Source: a bacterium (GTDB taxonomy: Bacteria; Patescibacteriota; Minisyncoccia; Phycocordibacterales; PALSA-1337). Taken from it: a stretch of 64,000 nucleotides of DNA. Made by a program: the position numbers and the translations under genes. The notes under the pieces are model-generated. The model worked only from the letters and a program-made list of their open reading frames with translations. It ran no database searches and was not told where the DNA came from. The number at the start of each line of letters is the position of its first letter. Position 1 is the first letter of the stretch. The DNA is taken from contig JANXZK010000002.1 in the NCBI GenBank assembly GCA_025355565.1, positions 15,238 through 79,237 of the forward strand, in the 5' to 3' direction. This document shows, one piece after another, positions 1 through 10,449 of the stretch.

Positions 1-1058
1 AACATTCAAGATTTCCCCCGTCTCGAACACATTCTTTACTTTACCATCCCTGTCGCTAAATTCAACCCTGACCACTTCAGCGACCTTATTCCTCCTTTCT
101 TCCACCTGTCTCCGGAGTTCCTCTTCCATTTTGTCTTTTTCTTTCTCTAGCCGACGTCTTTCTTCTTCAAGCGTCTTTCCCTTCAGAGCTTCCGCCGCCT
201 TTTGAGCCAAGGCCAAATCTTTTTCAGCCTTCATCCTCGCCCTTTTCTGTTCCCTCTCAATCCTCCTCTCCTCATCGCTCATATTCTGATAGACATACTC
301 ATTCCCTACCTCCTCGGCAGTGCCGACCAGAGCGACCACACCTTCGCGCAAAAGCATCGCGCGGTCACAATATCTCTGCACTGTAGCGATGTCATGCGTC
401 ACCAATATGACCGTCTTGCCCATCTCCTTGTACCGTGCGAACTCTCGTAGGCACTTGGACTGGAAATTACTATCCCCCACCGCCAATACCTCATCCATGA
501 GAAGGATCTCCCTATTGGCATGAATAGCGACGGAGAAGGCCAACCTGACCTGCATACCACTCGAATAGTTCTTGATCTTCTGGTCGATGAAGCGCTCCAG
601 CTCGGAGAAAGCCACGATGGAATCGAACTTTTCATCTATCTGCTTTTCAGTGAGACCGAGAACAGTCGCGTTCAGATAGATATTGTCACGTCCAGAAAGC
701 TCCGGATTGAAACCGATGCCGAGCTCTAGGAACGGCGAGACCAGGCCGCGTATATTGACCGAACCGCCATTCGCCGTATACACGCCAGCCAGGATCTTTA
801 GGAGCGTAGACTTGCCACTGCCGTTACGACCGAGGATGCCGAAGAACTCTCCCTTCTTCACTTCGAAAGAGACGTCTTTCAGGGCGAAAAACTTTTCATA
901 ACTCTTCTTCTTGAAGAGGTTCACGAAAGCTCCTTTCAGGCTATTGGTCCGCTCATGCGGTATGGTGAACTGCTTCGAGACATTCCTGACGGAGATGGCG
1001 GGAATGGCGGGGATGTGCCCCGTTGCAGTCGCTTTGGATTTGTGTACGTTATTGGTCA
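1..1058 (-). CDS. ABC transporter ATP-binding protein (Wzt/TagH-like, polysaccharide or teichoic-acid export), partial; C-terminus lies beyond the window edge
   Basis: Minus-strand translation from the ATG at 1058 gives MTNNVHKSKATATGHIPAIPAISVRNVSKQF...FFGILGRNGSGKSTLLKILAG, a Walker A/P-loop of ABC ATPases. The ORF runs off the 5' edge, so it is absent from the ORF track. It lies downstream of the ABC-2 permease at 4671..5450 in the same orientation. Confidence 0.8.
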
Positions 1059-1063
1059 TGGGT

Positions 1064-2074
1064 TTATTTAGCCTTCGTTTTCTTTATCTTCTTTCTCCCT
1101 TTTGCGCTTTCTATAGCTCTCTGCGCCGCTTCGTCAAAATCAACGTCCTGTTTCGCTTCGATCTGCTTGTACTCATCGAATTTCTTCTCCGCCATTTCCT
1201 TCATGAGTTCATGGGAGATTTTACCCGCATCTTTCAAGATATTCCTATCATTGATGGTCAAAAAACCATGTAACTTTTCTACCCAGTCCTTCATAGTCAT
1301 CGGTATTCGTTTCATGGCTTGTCCATCGGCGAACACTAGATATTGTTCAACTAGATTATCTAACTGCAACAGCTCCTGTTCAGTTAGATAATTTTTTGCG
1401 ATAACAACCTCCTCCTTCGTCGGCTTCGCCCCTCTAAAATTGGTGAGCCCCAGATACTTCTTACGGCTATCTACCCTCCCAACTACTATCTCTGCTGTTG
1501 TTTTTCCAGTGATCGCGAAATGCACTTTGTTCTGAACTGTTTTAAAGAACGAAATGCTCTCTTCGTTTGTCGGGTCATAATCGACACTGGTCGCGTATAT
1601 ATCAGTGATCTTACGATAGAATCGCTTCTCTGATGTGCGGATATCAGCTATACGTCGAGTCAATTCCTCGAAATAGTCAAACGGTAAGTCAGGATTCTTC
1701 AGACGTTCATCATCAAGTATGAATCCTTTCACTATATATTCCGATAATCTTTCCGTGGCCCATTTACGGAAAGCGGTGCCTTGTGAGGATTTTACCCTAT
1801 ATCCGACGGCAATAATGAGGTCCAAATTGAAATAATGTGTAGGTTTTTCCAGAAAATCGGAATTTCCGATTTTCTGCATAGTCTCACGTTCCACAAGTTC
1901 ACCCTCTTTGTATATATTCAAAATATGTTCGTTGATAGTCGACCTAGCCTTGCCAAATAACTGTGCCAGGAGATCCAACGTCAACCACACAGTATCACCG
2001 TCAAACCGCACATCTATCTTGACGTGACCCTGCGAATCTCTATATATGACGATCTGTGAATTGAGATTTTTCAT
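1064..2074 (-). CDS. RhuM-family (virulence RhuM) protein
   Basis: Strong match to the RhuM family: IYRDSQGHVKIDVRFDGDTVWLTLDLLAQLFGK...INEHI, FNLDLIIAVGYRVKSSQGTAFRKWATERLSEYIVKGFILDDERLK. I placed the start at the internal Met (MKNLNSQ) because the longer ORF (to 2233) overlaps the upstream gene. Confidence 0.8.
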   Translation of the reverse strand: MKNLNSQIVIYRDSQGHVKIDVRFDGDTVWLTLDLLAQLFGKARSTINEHILNIYKEGELVERETMQKIGNSDFLEKPTHYFNLDLIIAVGYRVKSSQGTAFRKWATERLSEYIVKGFILDDERLKNPDLPFDYFEELTRRIADIRTSEKRFYRKITDIYATSVDYDPTNEESISFFKTVQNKVHFAITGKTTAEIVVGRVDSRKKYLGLTNFRGAKPTKEEVVIAKNYLTEQELLQLDNLVEQYLVFADGQAMKRIPMTMKDWVEKLHGFLTINDRNILKDAGKISHELMKEMAEKKFDEYKQIEAKQDVDFDEAAQRAIESAKGRKKIKKTKAK

Positions 2075-2123
2075 TATTCTTTCATCTATATCATTTCCGC
2101 CACCGTCTGTTTCCTGCCCCGGT

Positions 2124-3248
2124 TTACACTGATAATAGATCCTTCGGCGTAACGATGCTAGCTTTCGCATGCGGATACAGTTCTTCAAATTGTGAAAAAG
2201 ATACATCCTTACCGCCGCTCCATTTGCATTCATAGGCGGAGATAGTGGTACCTTTTTTTTCGATCACATCGATCTCATGTCCTTTTCTAGTCCTCCAAAA
2301 CATTATTTCCGGAGGAAAAATAGACAGATTTGTTCCCTCTTTTATCTTCTCACTCACGAAATAATTTTCAAATATGGAGCCAGTATCTTTGCGGTCAATT
2401 AGCGGAGTCTCTATATCGACCAATGCATTCCTGACTCCGACATCCAGAAAGAATATCTTAAAAGCTTTCTTCAGCTCTGTTCTTGGATCATTGGAAAACG
2501 AACGTACTATCCTCACGATGAATGACTGCTCCAGCAATCGTATATATCTCTGTACGACAGATCTACTCACACCTAATTGTGTCGCCAATTCGTTGAGCGA
2601 CACCAACTGGCCGACTTGCAAGGCAAGCAGTTTGAGAAGATCCTCGAATGCACGAGGGTTTCGTATCGCCTCGAATATGAAAACGTCCTTATACAGATAC
2701 TGTGTGGCGATATTTTTTAGCACGATCTTCTTTTCTTCAATAGTGGATGCAGCGACAACAGCTGGATATGCGCCATATAGGATAAGTTCGTGAAGTCCTT
2801 TCATATCCACGCTTCTAGACACCTTTATTTCATCCAACGAAAGCGGTAGTAACGTGAACTCAAAGACTCTCCCCGTCATTGGTTCCTTTATCTTGTTTGA
2901 TAGATCAAATGACGAAGACCCCGTAGCCACTATCTGAACACCAGGATATGTATCATGAAATGCCTTAAGAATAGCTCCGATATCTTGGATAGTTTGTGCC
3001 TCGTCGAACACGACGATCTTTCTTCCCTCAACAAGCGGCAGTAATTCGTCTGGTTTCCCCACCACGAAATGTTTCCTGACATCCGCTAACTGGCAATCAC
3101 AATAGGCCCCATCCTTCCCAAACACTCCGACTATCTTCTTGACGAGGGTTGTCTTTCCAGATTGCCGAGGGCCCAAAATGGCCAACATCCTCCCTTTAAA
3201 CAAAGATTCGTTGATCAATCCCTCAATTTGGCGTTTGAATATAAGCAT
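2124..3248 (-). CDS. AAA+ ATPase of the COG1373 family (AAA_14 + DUF4143)
   Basis: Walker A ILGPRQSGKTTL, Walker B VVFDEAQ, and the C-terminal DUF4143-like part. The start may instead be the upstream Met at 3299. Confidence 0.75.
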   Translation of the reverse strand: MLIFKRQIEGLINESLFKGRMLAILGPRQSGKTTLVKKIVGVFGKDGAYCDCQLADVRKHFVVGKPDELLPLVEGRKIVVFDEAQTIQDIGAILKAFHDTYPGVQIVATGSSSFDLSNKIKEPMTGRVFEFTLLPLSLDEIKVSRSVDMKGLHELILYGAYPAVVAASTIEEKKIVLKNIATQYLYKDVFIFEAIRNPRAFEDLLKLLALQVGQLVSLNELATQLGVSRSVVQRYIRLLEQSFIVRIVRSFSNDPRTELKKAFKIFFLDVGVRNALVDIETPLIDRKDTGSIFENYFVSEKIKEGTNLSIFPPEIMFWRTRKGHEIDVIEKKGTTISAYECKWSGGKDVSFSQFEELYPHAKASIVTPKDLLSV

Positions 3249-3367
3249 ATTATGACTATTGTAACAAATTGCTCTTTGAAGAGCAATTTGTATACTCACC
3301 TTATTTTGGAGCTTTTTGATGCAAATTGTAACTGGACATTAGGTTTAAACTAAGTTCCACAAGGAGC

Positions 3368-4594
3368 TTATAGCTCCCACGGGTATACAGTCATTGTTCT
3401 GTCTTTATTTTCTCCATATAGAGCCACTGTCTTGTAATCACCCGATGCATATTCCCTGGAAAAATACTTCATAGCCGAGGTATCTACGTTAGAAAAATTA
3501 AGTTTCGTTTCTATAGGCAACGGGATATTCTTTTCCTTTAGGATGAAATCTATCTCTCTTTTATCGGTTGTTCTCCAGAAATAAACTTTACTAATTCCGT
3601 GCTTTTTGATCAATTCCGAAAATATGCTTGTCTCGAAAATGTTTCCCAATGTCTCTTTTGGAAATTCCTTTAACCATAATATGCTCATAAGCCCTGTATC
3701 AAAGAAAAAAATCTTGGGTGTCTTGAAGAGCTCCTTCCTCTTGTTCTCGCTGTAGGGTCTAACAAGTTTGATGATGTATGTTTCCTCCAAAAGGAAAAGG
3801 TATTTTTCCACGGTTATCTTTGATAAGTTTACCGTGTTCGCCAATTCTGTCACATTGAGAAGCTGCCCGCTCTGCGACGCTAATACTTCTAACAATCGAT
3901 TGAACTTATCGATTTCTTTTATCTCCGCCAGATCCCTGATATCCTTCTTTATATATGTATCGATGATCTGATTCAGATAAGCGCTTTTCTTCTCTGTATC
4001 AGGGGTTAATACTATTTTCGGATAACCGCCATACCTGACATACTCTTCATAATGAGAAATGAGCTCCGATATCTTTTTTGAGGTATGTATTTCGCCCCAG
4101 TCCACAAAAAAATCTTTGAACAATAACAACTCATCGAACGACAGATTAAATATATCGAAATTCACAGTTCTGCCAACCAAAGAATCCTTGAATTTGCTTT
4201 TGATATTGAAACTAGACGAACCGGACACGATCAGTTTGATTTCTTTGTGATGATCGGCAATGATCTTGAGAAATGACGAAGGGTTCTCAAGGTATTGGAT
4301 CTCATCTATGAATACGAACAGTTTTTTTGGTGAGATCGCTAATCCCTCCTCCTTTAGATATGACAAGAACGACTCAACACCGTCATCCAAAATTTCCTTA
4401 AGCCGACTATCTTCGAGATCGATAAAGTGTGCTGATTCCCCTTTTTCTTGAACGATTTTCGCTAAATAATACAGAATATGAGTCTTACCGACTTGTCTCG
4501 CGCCATGAAGTACGATGATATCATCAGTAAACAAATACGGCGCTATTTTATCGATTATGATTCTTTTATACAATATTTCTGGGATTTTGATCAT
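3368..4594 (-). CDS. AAA+ ATPase of the COG1373 family (AAA_14 + DUF4143), paralog of the adjacent gene
   Basis: VLHGARQVGKTHIL Walker A, VFIDEIQ Walker B, and the same architecture as 2124..3248. It is strongly AT-rich compared with its neighbours. Confidence 0.75.
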   Translation of the reverse strand: MIKIPEILYKRIIIDKIAPYLFTDDIIVLHGARQVGKTHILYYLAKIVQEKGESAHFIDLEDSRLKEILDDGVESFLSYLKEEGLAISPKKLFVFIDEIQYLENPSSFLKIIADHHKEIKLIVSGSSSFNIKSKFKDSLVGRTVNFDIFNLSFDELLLFKDFFVDWGEIHTSKKISELISHYEEYVRYGGYPKIVLTPDTEKKSAYLNQIIDTYIKKDIRDLAEIKEIDKFNRLLEVLASQSGQLLNVTELANTVNLSKITVEKYLFLLEETYIIKLVRPYSENKRKELFKTPKIFFFDTGLMSILWLKEFPKETLGNIFETSIFSELIKKHGISKVYFWRTTDKREIDFILKEKNIPLPIETKLNFSNVDTSAMKYFSREYASGDYKTVALYGENKDRTMTVYPWEL

Positions 4595-4670
4595 ATGAAA
4601 ATATGGCTTATCATATAACGCAGTATACTTTAAAACCGATTTAAAGTAAAGTACACTATACTTTAAATCC

Positions 4671-5450
4671 TTATATCATCTCCGCCACGGTCTTCTCATA
4701 TTTCCTGAATATGAAGAAAGCGATGATTCCTGCGACCACGATACCTGCGACCATGGCCATGAAATGCCAGAAAGTGGTGAAGTTGCCATTGATGATCCCC
4801 TGCTTGGCATAATGGATGATGAAAGCCAATGGATTCAGCAAGATGAACTGCCAGTATTTTGTGGGGATGATAGAGAGTGGATATATGATAGGTGAAGCAT
4901 ACATGAGAACGGACAAGACCACCTCCCAGACCATCGATAGGTCACGGAAACGAACATAGAATGGTGCTGTGAGGAATGAAAAAGCCACGGCTAAGATATA
5001 CAGCAATATGGCGTACACGATGAACATGGCGATGCCTGCGATCGAAGGGATCTTGTTATATAGAATGAAGAAAAGCGCCAGGACGATCAGATTCATGCCA
5101 AAGACGAACAGAGCGTTCATGGTCGAGCCTAACACGATGGTCCATCTCGGCACATATATCTTCGTGACCAATTGCGATTTATTAACCAGAGACATGAGTC
5201 CTGTCATCGTCGCTTCAGAAAAGAATTGGAACAGAAGTATGGCCGTCAAGAGTTCCAATGGATAGAGCGGCGTCCCAGAATTCCTGAAATTGAAGAGCGA
5301 TGAGAAGACGAAGTTCAATATCGTGAACATGAGGAGCGGTTTCAAGATCACCCACACATAGCCCAAAACACTGCCATGGTAGCGTAGCTTGAAGTCCGTC
5401 TTCGCTATACGCATCACTAGTTCTCTGTGGTTTTCGTGGGTGGGGGGCAT
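4671..5450 (-). CDS. ABC-2 type transporter permease (Wzm/TagG-like polysaccharide export)
   Basis: Six predicted TM helices. The conserved ABC-2 N-terminus FKLRYHGSVLGYVWVILKPLL is typical of Wzm/TagG permeases. Confidence 0.8.
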   Translation of the reverse strand: MPPTHENHRELVMRIAKTDFKLRYHGSVLGYVWVILKPLLMFTILNFVFSSLFNFRNSGTPLYPLELLTAILLFQFFSEATMTGLMSLVNKSQLVTKIYVPRWTIVLGSTMNALFVFGMNLIVLALFFILYNKIPSIAGIAMFIVYAILLYILAVAFSFLTAPFYVRFRDLSMVWEVVLSVLMYASPIIYPLSIIPTKYWQFILLNPLAFIIHYAKQGIINGNFTTFWHFMAMVAGIVVAGIIAFFIFRKYEKTVAEMI

Positions 5451-5538
5451 GGGATGACTTATATATGTTACGCTCGGTTGGAATCATACTACATTAAAAA
5501 CCGCACAGTTCCAACTTGGAAAAATCACACCAACAACA

Positions 5539-7716
5539 CTATGGTTGAACTTCCTTTATTGCCGCTTCGATCTCGTCCCTCGCCTGCGGATAGAAACTCT
5601 CTATTGAGCGCAGAATCGCCACCGCTTGATCAACATTTCCGGCTGCATATTGTGCTCGAGCCTTCTGGATCAGAGAACTTATACTTTCTGCTTGAGCTAT
5701 AAGCCTCTGATATACCTGAGTCGCCTCCGCCAATCGACCAGACGATGCGTAGCCTTTCGCTTCACTGACGAGAGCAGTGTCTGCCCCAAGAACTCGCATA
5801 CCCTCATCGCCTCGACCATCAATAACGAGCGCCACGGCATACGCAGATGCCGCCTTGGCATATCCTGGAGCCAATTCGTAGGCATGTTTTAGTACTGCCA
5901 CAGCCTGATCCATCTTATTCTCAAACATATAGACTGAGGCCAGTTCAAAAGCTATAATTTGTTCATTTGGAGCCAAAGATAATCCTTTAGTTAGCGAGGT
6001 CTCTGCCTCAAGAAGCTTGCCTATCCGTTTTAAGAAAGGACCGCTTACGTAGTAAACGTAAGCATCATTAGGAGTAGCGGCTATCTGTTCAACTATCCGT
6101 TGCAAAATCAGATCTATAAAAGATTGCTTGACCGCGCCACTGGCCGAAGGATTCTGCATGACATTATCAGCGCAAGATATCATCTCATAGAGGATATACT
6201 TGCTCGACATGGTGTTACCAAAAAATGTGGCCATCTTGAATAGATCCAGACTATTATCCGGCTTGGAACACGAGTAGCTGGCCTTACTAAGATACACATT
6301 GGAGAGCAAAGGTCTTATATTCAGATAATAGACCGTAAATATTGCAGTAACGATTATAACGGGTGCGATGACGTATTTCGTTGCATCTATAGAGACAGAT
6401 ACCTTCTGAGATTCCCTCACTTCAGCGCAACCATCTCGACTACCATGCAAGGAATCGACCAGAGCAAGTACTGTAAAGAAGAATACGTAGCTAGCCAATG
6501 TATCAAAAACAAAAAAGTTGTGGACGAAATATCCCAACAACAAACCTATCATAGTGCATTTCGTCCTATGAGCGATCGATGACTTGCATATCGTGATCAA
6601 AAGCGAAATGAAGATGGCTAGATATGCCAAAAACCCGGCGAAGCCGAAAGCAACAAGCTGATCGATCACTACATTATGTGCCATATCAACCCACTGCTCA
6701 ACGTTGTACATGGCCGGATTGTAATTCTTCTGAAAGGAATAGATAAAATTTCCCTGTCCCCAGCCCAAGATAGGCCTTTCCATGATTCCATTCATGCCTA
6801 TCGGCCAAATATATTGTCTGGATTGGTCACTTGCCGTCCAAGATATAGACGCAAATCTCTTCAGCGTAGAGTTACCCTGAACAGCTGAACTCGTACGATT
6901 CAACCAAAAAAACACACCGATAATGATCACGAGGGCTATGGCACAACCATACATGATGCGCAATCTCTTTCTAGACTTGGACCCCAAAACAGAGTAAACT
7001 GCAAGTGCGAGCATGGTCCCGAGAATCAGTCCCAGAAACGTACCCCTTGTGCCCGTCTCGAAGATGTCGTAGGTGAACAACAATGCCAGAACAACGTATG
7101 TGGAGAGCAGCGCCTTCGAACAATCACCTTGCTCCAATGTATCAATAAACAGATACACAGTGAAAAATACATTGAATAACAGATATGCTGCCAGGAAAGT
7201 TGGATTACCAAGGAATGAGTCAATGCGAATGGTATCGAAATGCATCGCCGTCCACCCAAAACTCTGGAACAATCCGTACACAGCGACGATAAGTGCAACC
7301 ACCAAAGACAGGTTGACCCATCTGCGCCACAGTCTCTTTGTATCGCCGACAGCGAACATACTTTTGATCACCAAATAAAATGCAAAAAGATGGGAGATCG
7401 TTATCCAGCCGTCCATTCGGTCAAAATTCGACCATAAACTTTGTAGAGGATCGATACCGACTAGATCACAGATGAAAGACACAGCTACAAATACTGCTAC
7501 AACGATAGTAAGTGGCGTAAATCTCGGACGATATCTCGTGTCTAGTATAGCCAAGATTGCCCAAGTAGCTACTGCAATTTCGACTAATACCCTAAAGTAA
7601 AACGCCTGCCCCGTCACATACGGGACAACCATTGACGATATCACCACGACTGGAAAGATGGGTACCAAAAATATGGCAGCCATCGTCACATATTTTGAGG
7701 TTCGCTTGATATCCAT
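5539..7716 (-). CDS. O-antigen ligase-like (Wzy_C) polytopic membrane protein with C-terminal TPR repeats
   Basis: ~10 TM helices, a large loop with a Wzy_C-like region, and a C-terminal TPR-like helical repeat region (AYELAPGYAKAASAYAVALV...). Confidence 0.6.
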   Translation of the reverse strand: MDIKRTSKYVTMAAIFLVPIFPVVVISSMVVPYVTGQAFYFRVLVEIAVATWAILAILDTRYRPRFTPLTIVVAVFVAVSFICDLVGIDPLQSLWSNFDRMDGWITISHLFAFYLVIKSMFAVGDTKRLWRRWVNLSLVVALIVAVYGLFQSFGWTAMHFDTIRIDSFLGNPTFLAAYLLFNVFFTVYLFIDTLEQGDCSKALLSTYVVLALLFTYDIFETGTRGTFLGLILGTMLALAVYSVLGSKSRKRLRIMYGCAIALVIIIGVFFWLNRTSSAVQGNSTLKRFASISWTASDQSRQYIWPIGMNGIMERPILGWGQGNFIYSFQKNYNPAMYNVEQWVDMAHNVVIDQLVAFGFAGFLAYLAIFISLLITICKSSIAHRTKCTMIGLLLGYFVHNFFVFDTLASYVFFFTVLALVDSLHGSRDGCAEVRESQKVSVSIDATKYVIAPVIIVTAIFTVYYLNIRPLLSNVYLSKASYSCSKPDNSLDLFKMATFFGNTMSSKYILYEMISCADNVMQNPSASGAVKQSFIDLILQRIVEQIAATPNDAYVYYVSGPFLKRIGKLLEAETSLTKGLSLAPNEQIIAFELASVYMFENKMDQAVAVLKHAYELAPGYAKAASAYAVALVIDGRGDEGMRVLGADTALVSEAKGYASSGRLAEATQVYQRLIAQAESISSLIQKARAQYAAGNVDQAVAILRSIESFYPQARDEIEAAIKEVQP

Positions 7717-7758
7717 ATAATTATGTCTGTTCAGGATTTAAACCCACTGTAACATGTT

Positions 7759-9303
7759 CTACTTCCCTTTATTTAATTGTTCTCGTGTTGCGGGACCTAC
7801 TACACCAATCACACTTAAGCCGAATTTCTTTTGATACGCCTGAACTGCCGCCTTTGTCTGTGTTCCAAAATATCCTGTGATAACACCGGTAAATAAGCCA
7901 TCGCTCTTTAAACGTTCCTGGAGCAACCTAACCTCGGGGTCTAACACACCATATGCTGTCATACCGGAATACAGATAACGAGTGAACGTCTCGGAGACTG
8001 GCGCAGATTGGACATAAGCTGGCTGAATAGTCGTTTGAGCTAAACTTGCACCAGACGGAGTTTTCGATGAATTTCCGACCCATAGATAGCTTTGACCTAC
8101 TAGACCCCTAGCGTTTGTGAAAGAAATGACCAATGGCAAAGGTGGGATATCTTTGCCAGTAGATCTATAAGAGGCATAATACAGTCCATCGCTTCCCTGA
8201 CTCACTGCTGTCTGAACCCCACCGATTCTGACTTGCACATTTGTTACAGTTTCATTCGTTCCAAAATTGATACTAATGGTGCTCCCGGCGCCAAAGAATA
8301 AGCCTAGAACGTTGTTCGAGGAGATCGATACCGAAGAAAGTTGAGGTGGCTGATTGAACCCCGAAGTCACGGGAGCCAGAACTGTAGGCTGAGTCGGTAT
8401 AGCACTACCAGGAGCTAGAGAATGAACCACTATAGAGCCACAAAGATACCCTGCGGCACATACTGATACCGTTGACTGCCCCACAATGAGACCTTTTAAC
8501 ACTAGACTCGTACCACTAACGCTTGCCGATACTGCATCTTTATTTGTGTTCGTTATACTATCATAAAAACCTGGTCCATATATGCCAATATTCTGTGCAG
8601 GTTGTCCGGCGACGACATACGCAACAACTTGACTGAAAGTAATAGATTGGGTTGGTGCCCGAACCGATACATTAACCGTGCCACAACCGGCAGTCCCAGC
8701 ACAGACCGAAATGACTGACGACCCGACATTCAGACCAGTGACCAGCATCGAATTGTTATTTGCCTGAATAGTAGCCGATACTACTGATGGATTAGAATTC
8801 CCTTGTACCAACAACGTATTCACTGTATTATCTGCAAAAATATTTGCGCCCTGCCCTATTGTCAACGAAACATTGTTTTTAGATAGAGCTAATAATCCGT
8901 TTTGACCAGATATACTCCAAGTAGCCGGCCAAGTTACCTTCGTAGAGTCAGTCCCGTTTACTGATACGTATACAGACATTCCGCCACTCAATCCATAAGA
9001 ATTTGGAGCAACAGAAATGGTAAATGCGCCGTTAGAATCTGTGCTACCGATATCTATCGAGGTATAGTGAGTATCTACCGTAGTATTATTGGCGGAATAA
9101 TTTGGATAACTGAATTTCACAATTGCATTATGCTCTGCACCTATAACGCGTAGATTGACCAAAGAAGCGGTGCTAGTTAGAGTCAGTGACGGGGTAACCG
9201 AAGCCGACACTCGGTTATACGATGTTAACGGCATTATCATCAATACAGTTGTCATAAGAGTAATATTTGTAAAATATCTAAAGATATATTTGTTTGTTGC
9301 CAT
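7759..9303 (-). CDS. Secreted Ser/Thr/Asn/Gly-rich surface protein with C-terminal peptidoglycan-binding (PG_binding_1) domain
   Basis: N-terminal signal/TM segment, long low-complexity β-rich region, and a C-terminal LQERLKSDGLFTGVITGYFGTQTKAAVQAYQKKFGLSVIGVVGPATREQL PG_binding_1 motif. Confidence 0.6.
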   Translation of the reverse strand: MATNKYIFRYFTNITLMTTVLMIMPLTSYNRVSASVTPSLTLTSTASLVNLRVIGAEHNAIVKFSYPNYSANNTTVDTHYTSIDIGSTDSNGAFTISVAPNSYGLSGGMSVYVSVNGTDSTKVTWPATWSISGQNGLLALSKNNVSLTIGQGANIFADNTVNTLLVQGNSNPSVVSATIQANNNSMLVTGLNVGSSVISVCAGTAGCGTVNVSVRAPTQSITFSQVVAYVVAGQPAQNIGIYGPGFYDSITNTNKDAVSASVSGTSLVLKGLIVGQSTVSVCAAGYLCGSIVVHSLAPGSAIPTQPTVLAPVTSGFNQPPQLSSVSISSNNVLGLFFGAGSTISINFGTNETVTNVQVRIGGVQTAVSQGSDGLYYASYRSTGKDIPPLPLVISFTNARGLVGQSYLWVGNSSKTPSGASLAQTTIQPAYVQSAPVSETFTRYLYSGMTAYGVLDPEVRLLQERLKSDGLFTGVITGYFGTQTKAAVQAYQKKFGLSVIGVVGPATREQLNKGK

Positions 9304-9316
9304 AATCTTGACTTAT

Positions 9317-10345
9317 TTAATTAGTAGCAGACACGATAAAGGTAACTGGGACTGTGGTTGAATTGTAGTTGTCATTTCCTATAAGTAATGTATGCTGTCC
9401 TGCAGGTACAGTAGTCGGGATAGTGAACACCAAAACTGTTCCGTCTGGAGACACATATCTTTTCGTTGCTCGAAGATTTGAATAATTTGTATCAAAATAT
9501 ATGGATGACGACATAGTAAATCCTGAACCAAATAGCACGATCGATGTAGCATCATCCGCATAAGCTGAAGATGGTATGACCGAGGTTGCAGCCAGTTGTG
9601 AAGCGACGATCGTAAACCATCCACTCATCTGGTCGCTCGAAACTGAACTACCGCCTGCGCTCTGTAATCTTATGCGATACGTACCCGCTACGACATTTTG
9701 ATATGCATCGGGCTGAGATAGATAAACCCTACCGACTTTCCACAAATATTGATCATCGCCTATACTAGTAGACTGGTTCAGTACAATGAAGCCCGCTCCC
9801 GATCCTCCTGGTTGCTCCAAACTCAGATTGTATGTACCCAACATAGGTTTGCTCCATCGGATAACCGTGGAACTTCCCACGGAAAGAACCTGTCCGACAG
9901 ATGGCGATATTATAGATCCGTTAGCAGTTGTAAATACAGGACTTGTAGTTACGGCTAGTGTTTGTGTTACAGGGTTGGTTACTGTTGAAGAGTTGCTGAC
10001 ATCAATGGAACACGTCTTCTGTTTGATCGCCGTTCGGGTAAGTGGTCCAACATAACCTGAGGCGGGAATATTATTATTGCCCTGAAATAACTTCACCGCC
10101 GCAGTTGTCGCTGGTCCGAAATATCCCGTTGAAGCAGTTTTGAAATATCCTGATGACTTCAGGTAATGTTGAAGTTCAGACACGAAACCTTGTGATCCAG
10201 CATCACTAGATCCGGAACCTATGTCATGTGACAGATTTATACAAGTCATATCTGCTCTTGCGGTAAGCCCCGATAAGAACAAAACGCAAATAGACGTCAC
10301 CAAAACAATGGAGAAAGATGTCCAATTAAATATATTCTTATTCAT
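9317..10345 (-). CDS. Secreted protein with N-terminal PG_binding_1 domain and Ser/Thr-rich region
   Basis: Signal peptide, then LQHYLKSSGYFKTASTGYFGPATTAAVKLFQGNNNIPASGYVGPLTRTAI. Confidence 0.6.
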   Translation of the reverse strand: MNKNIFNWTSFSIVLVTSICVLFLSGLTARADMTCINLSHDIGSGSSDAGSQGFVSELQHYLKSSGYFKTASTGYFGPATTAAVKLFQGNNNIPASGYVGPLTRTAIKQKTCSIDVSNSSTVTNPVTQTLAVTTSPVFTTANGSIISPSVGQVLSVGSSTVIRWSKPMLGTYNLSLEQPGGSGAGFIVLNQSTSIGDDQYLWKVGRVYLSQPDAYQNVVAGTYRIRLQSAGGSSVSSDQMSGWFTIVASQLAATSVIPSSAYADDATSIVLFGSGFTMSSSIYFDTNYSNLRATKRYVSPDGTVLVFTIPTTVPAGQHTLLIGNDNYNSTTVPVTFIVSATN

Positions 10346-10375
10346 CTCTCAATAATACCACATTTTCATGTACAC

Positions 10376-10401
10376 AAAAACCACTCTTTCGAGTGGTTTT
10401 T
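10376..10401 (-). terminator. Rho-independent terminator (bidirectional hairpin) downstream of the 10450..12303 gene
   Basis: aaaaaCCACTCtttcGAGTGGttttt: perfect 6-bp GC-containing stem flanked by an A-run and a T-run. Confidence 0.55.
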
Positions 10402-10449
10402 GTTCCAACTTTGTAACCCGTTGGGAGGAGTAGAACTTAACTTAGACTA

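Noticed and set aside
2374-2793. 139-aa plus-strand ORF antisense to the COG1373 ATPase
   Set aside because: It lies entirely inside a well-supported minus-strand gene and has no recognisable motifs.
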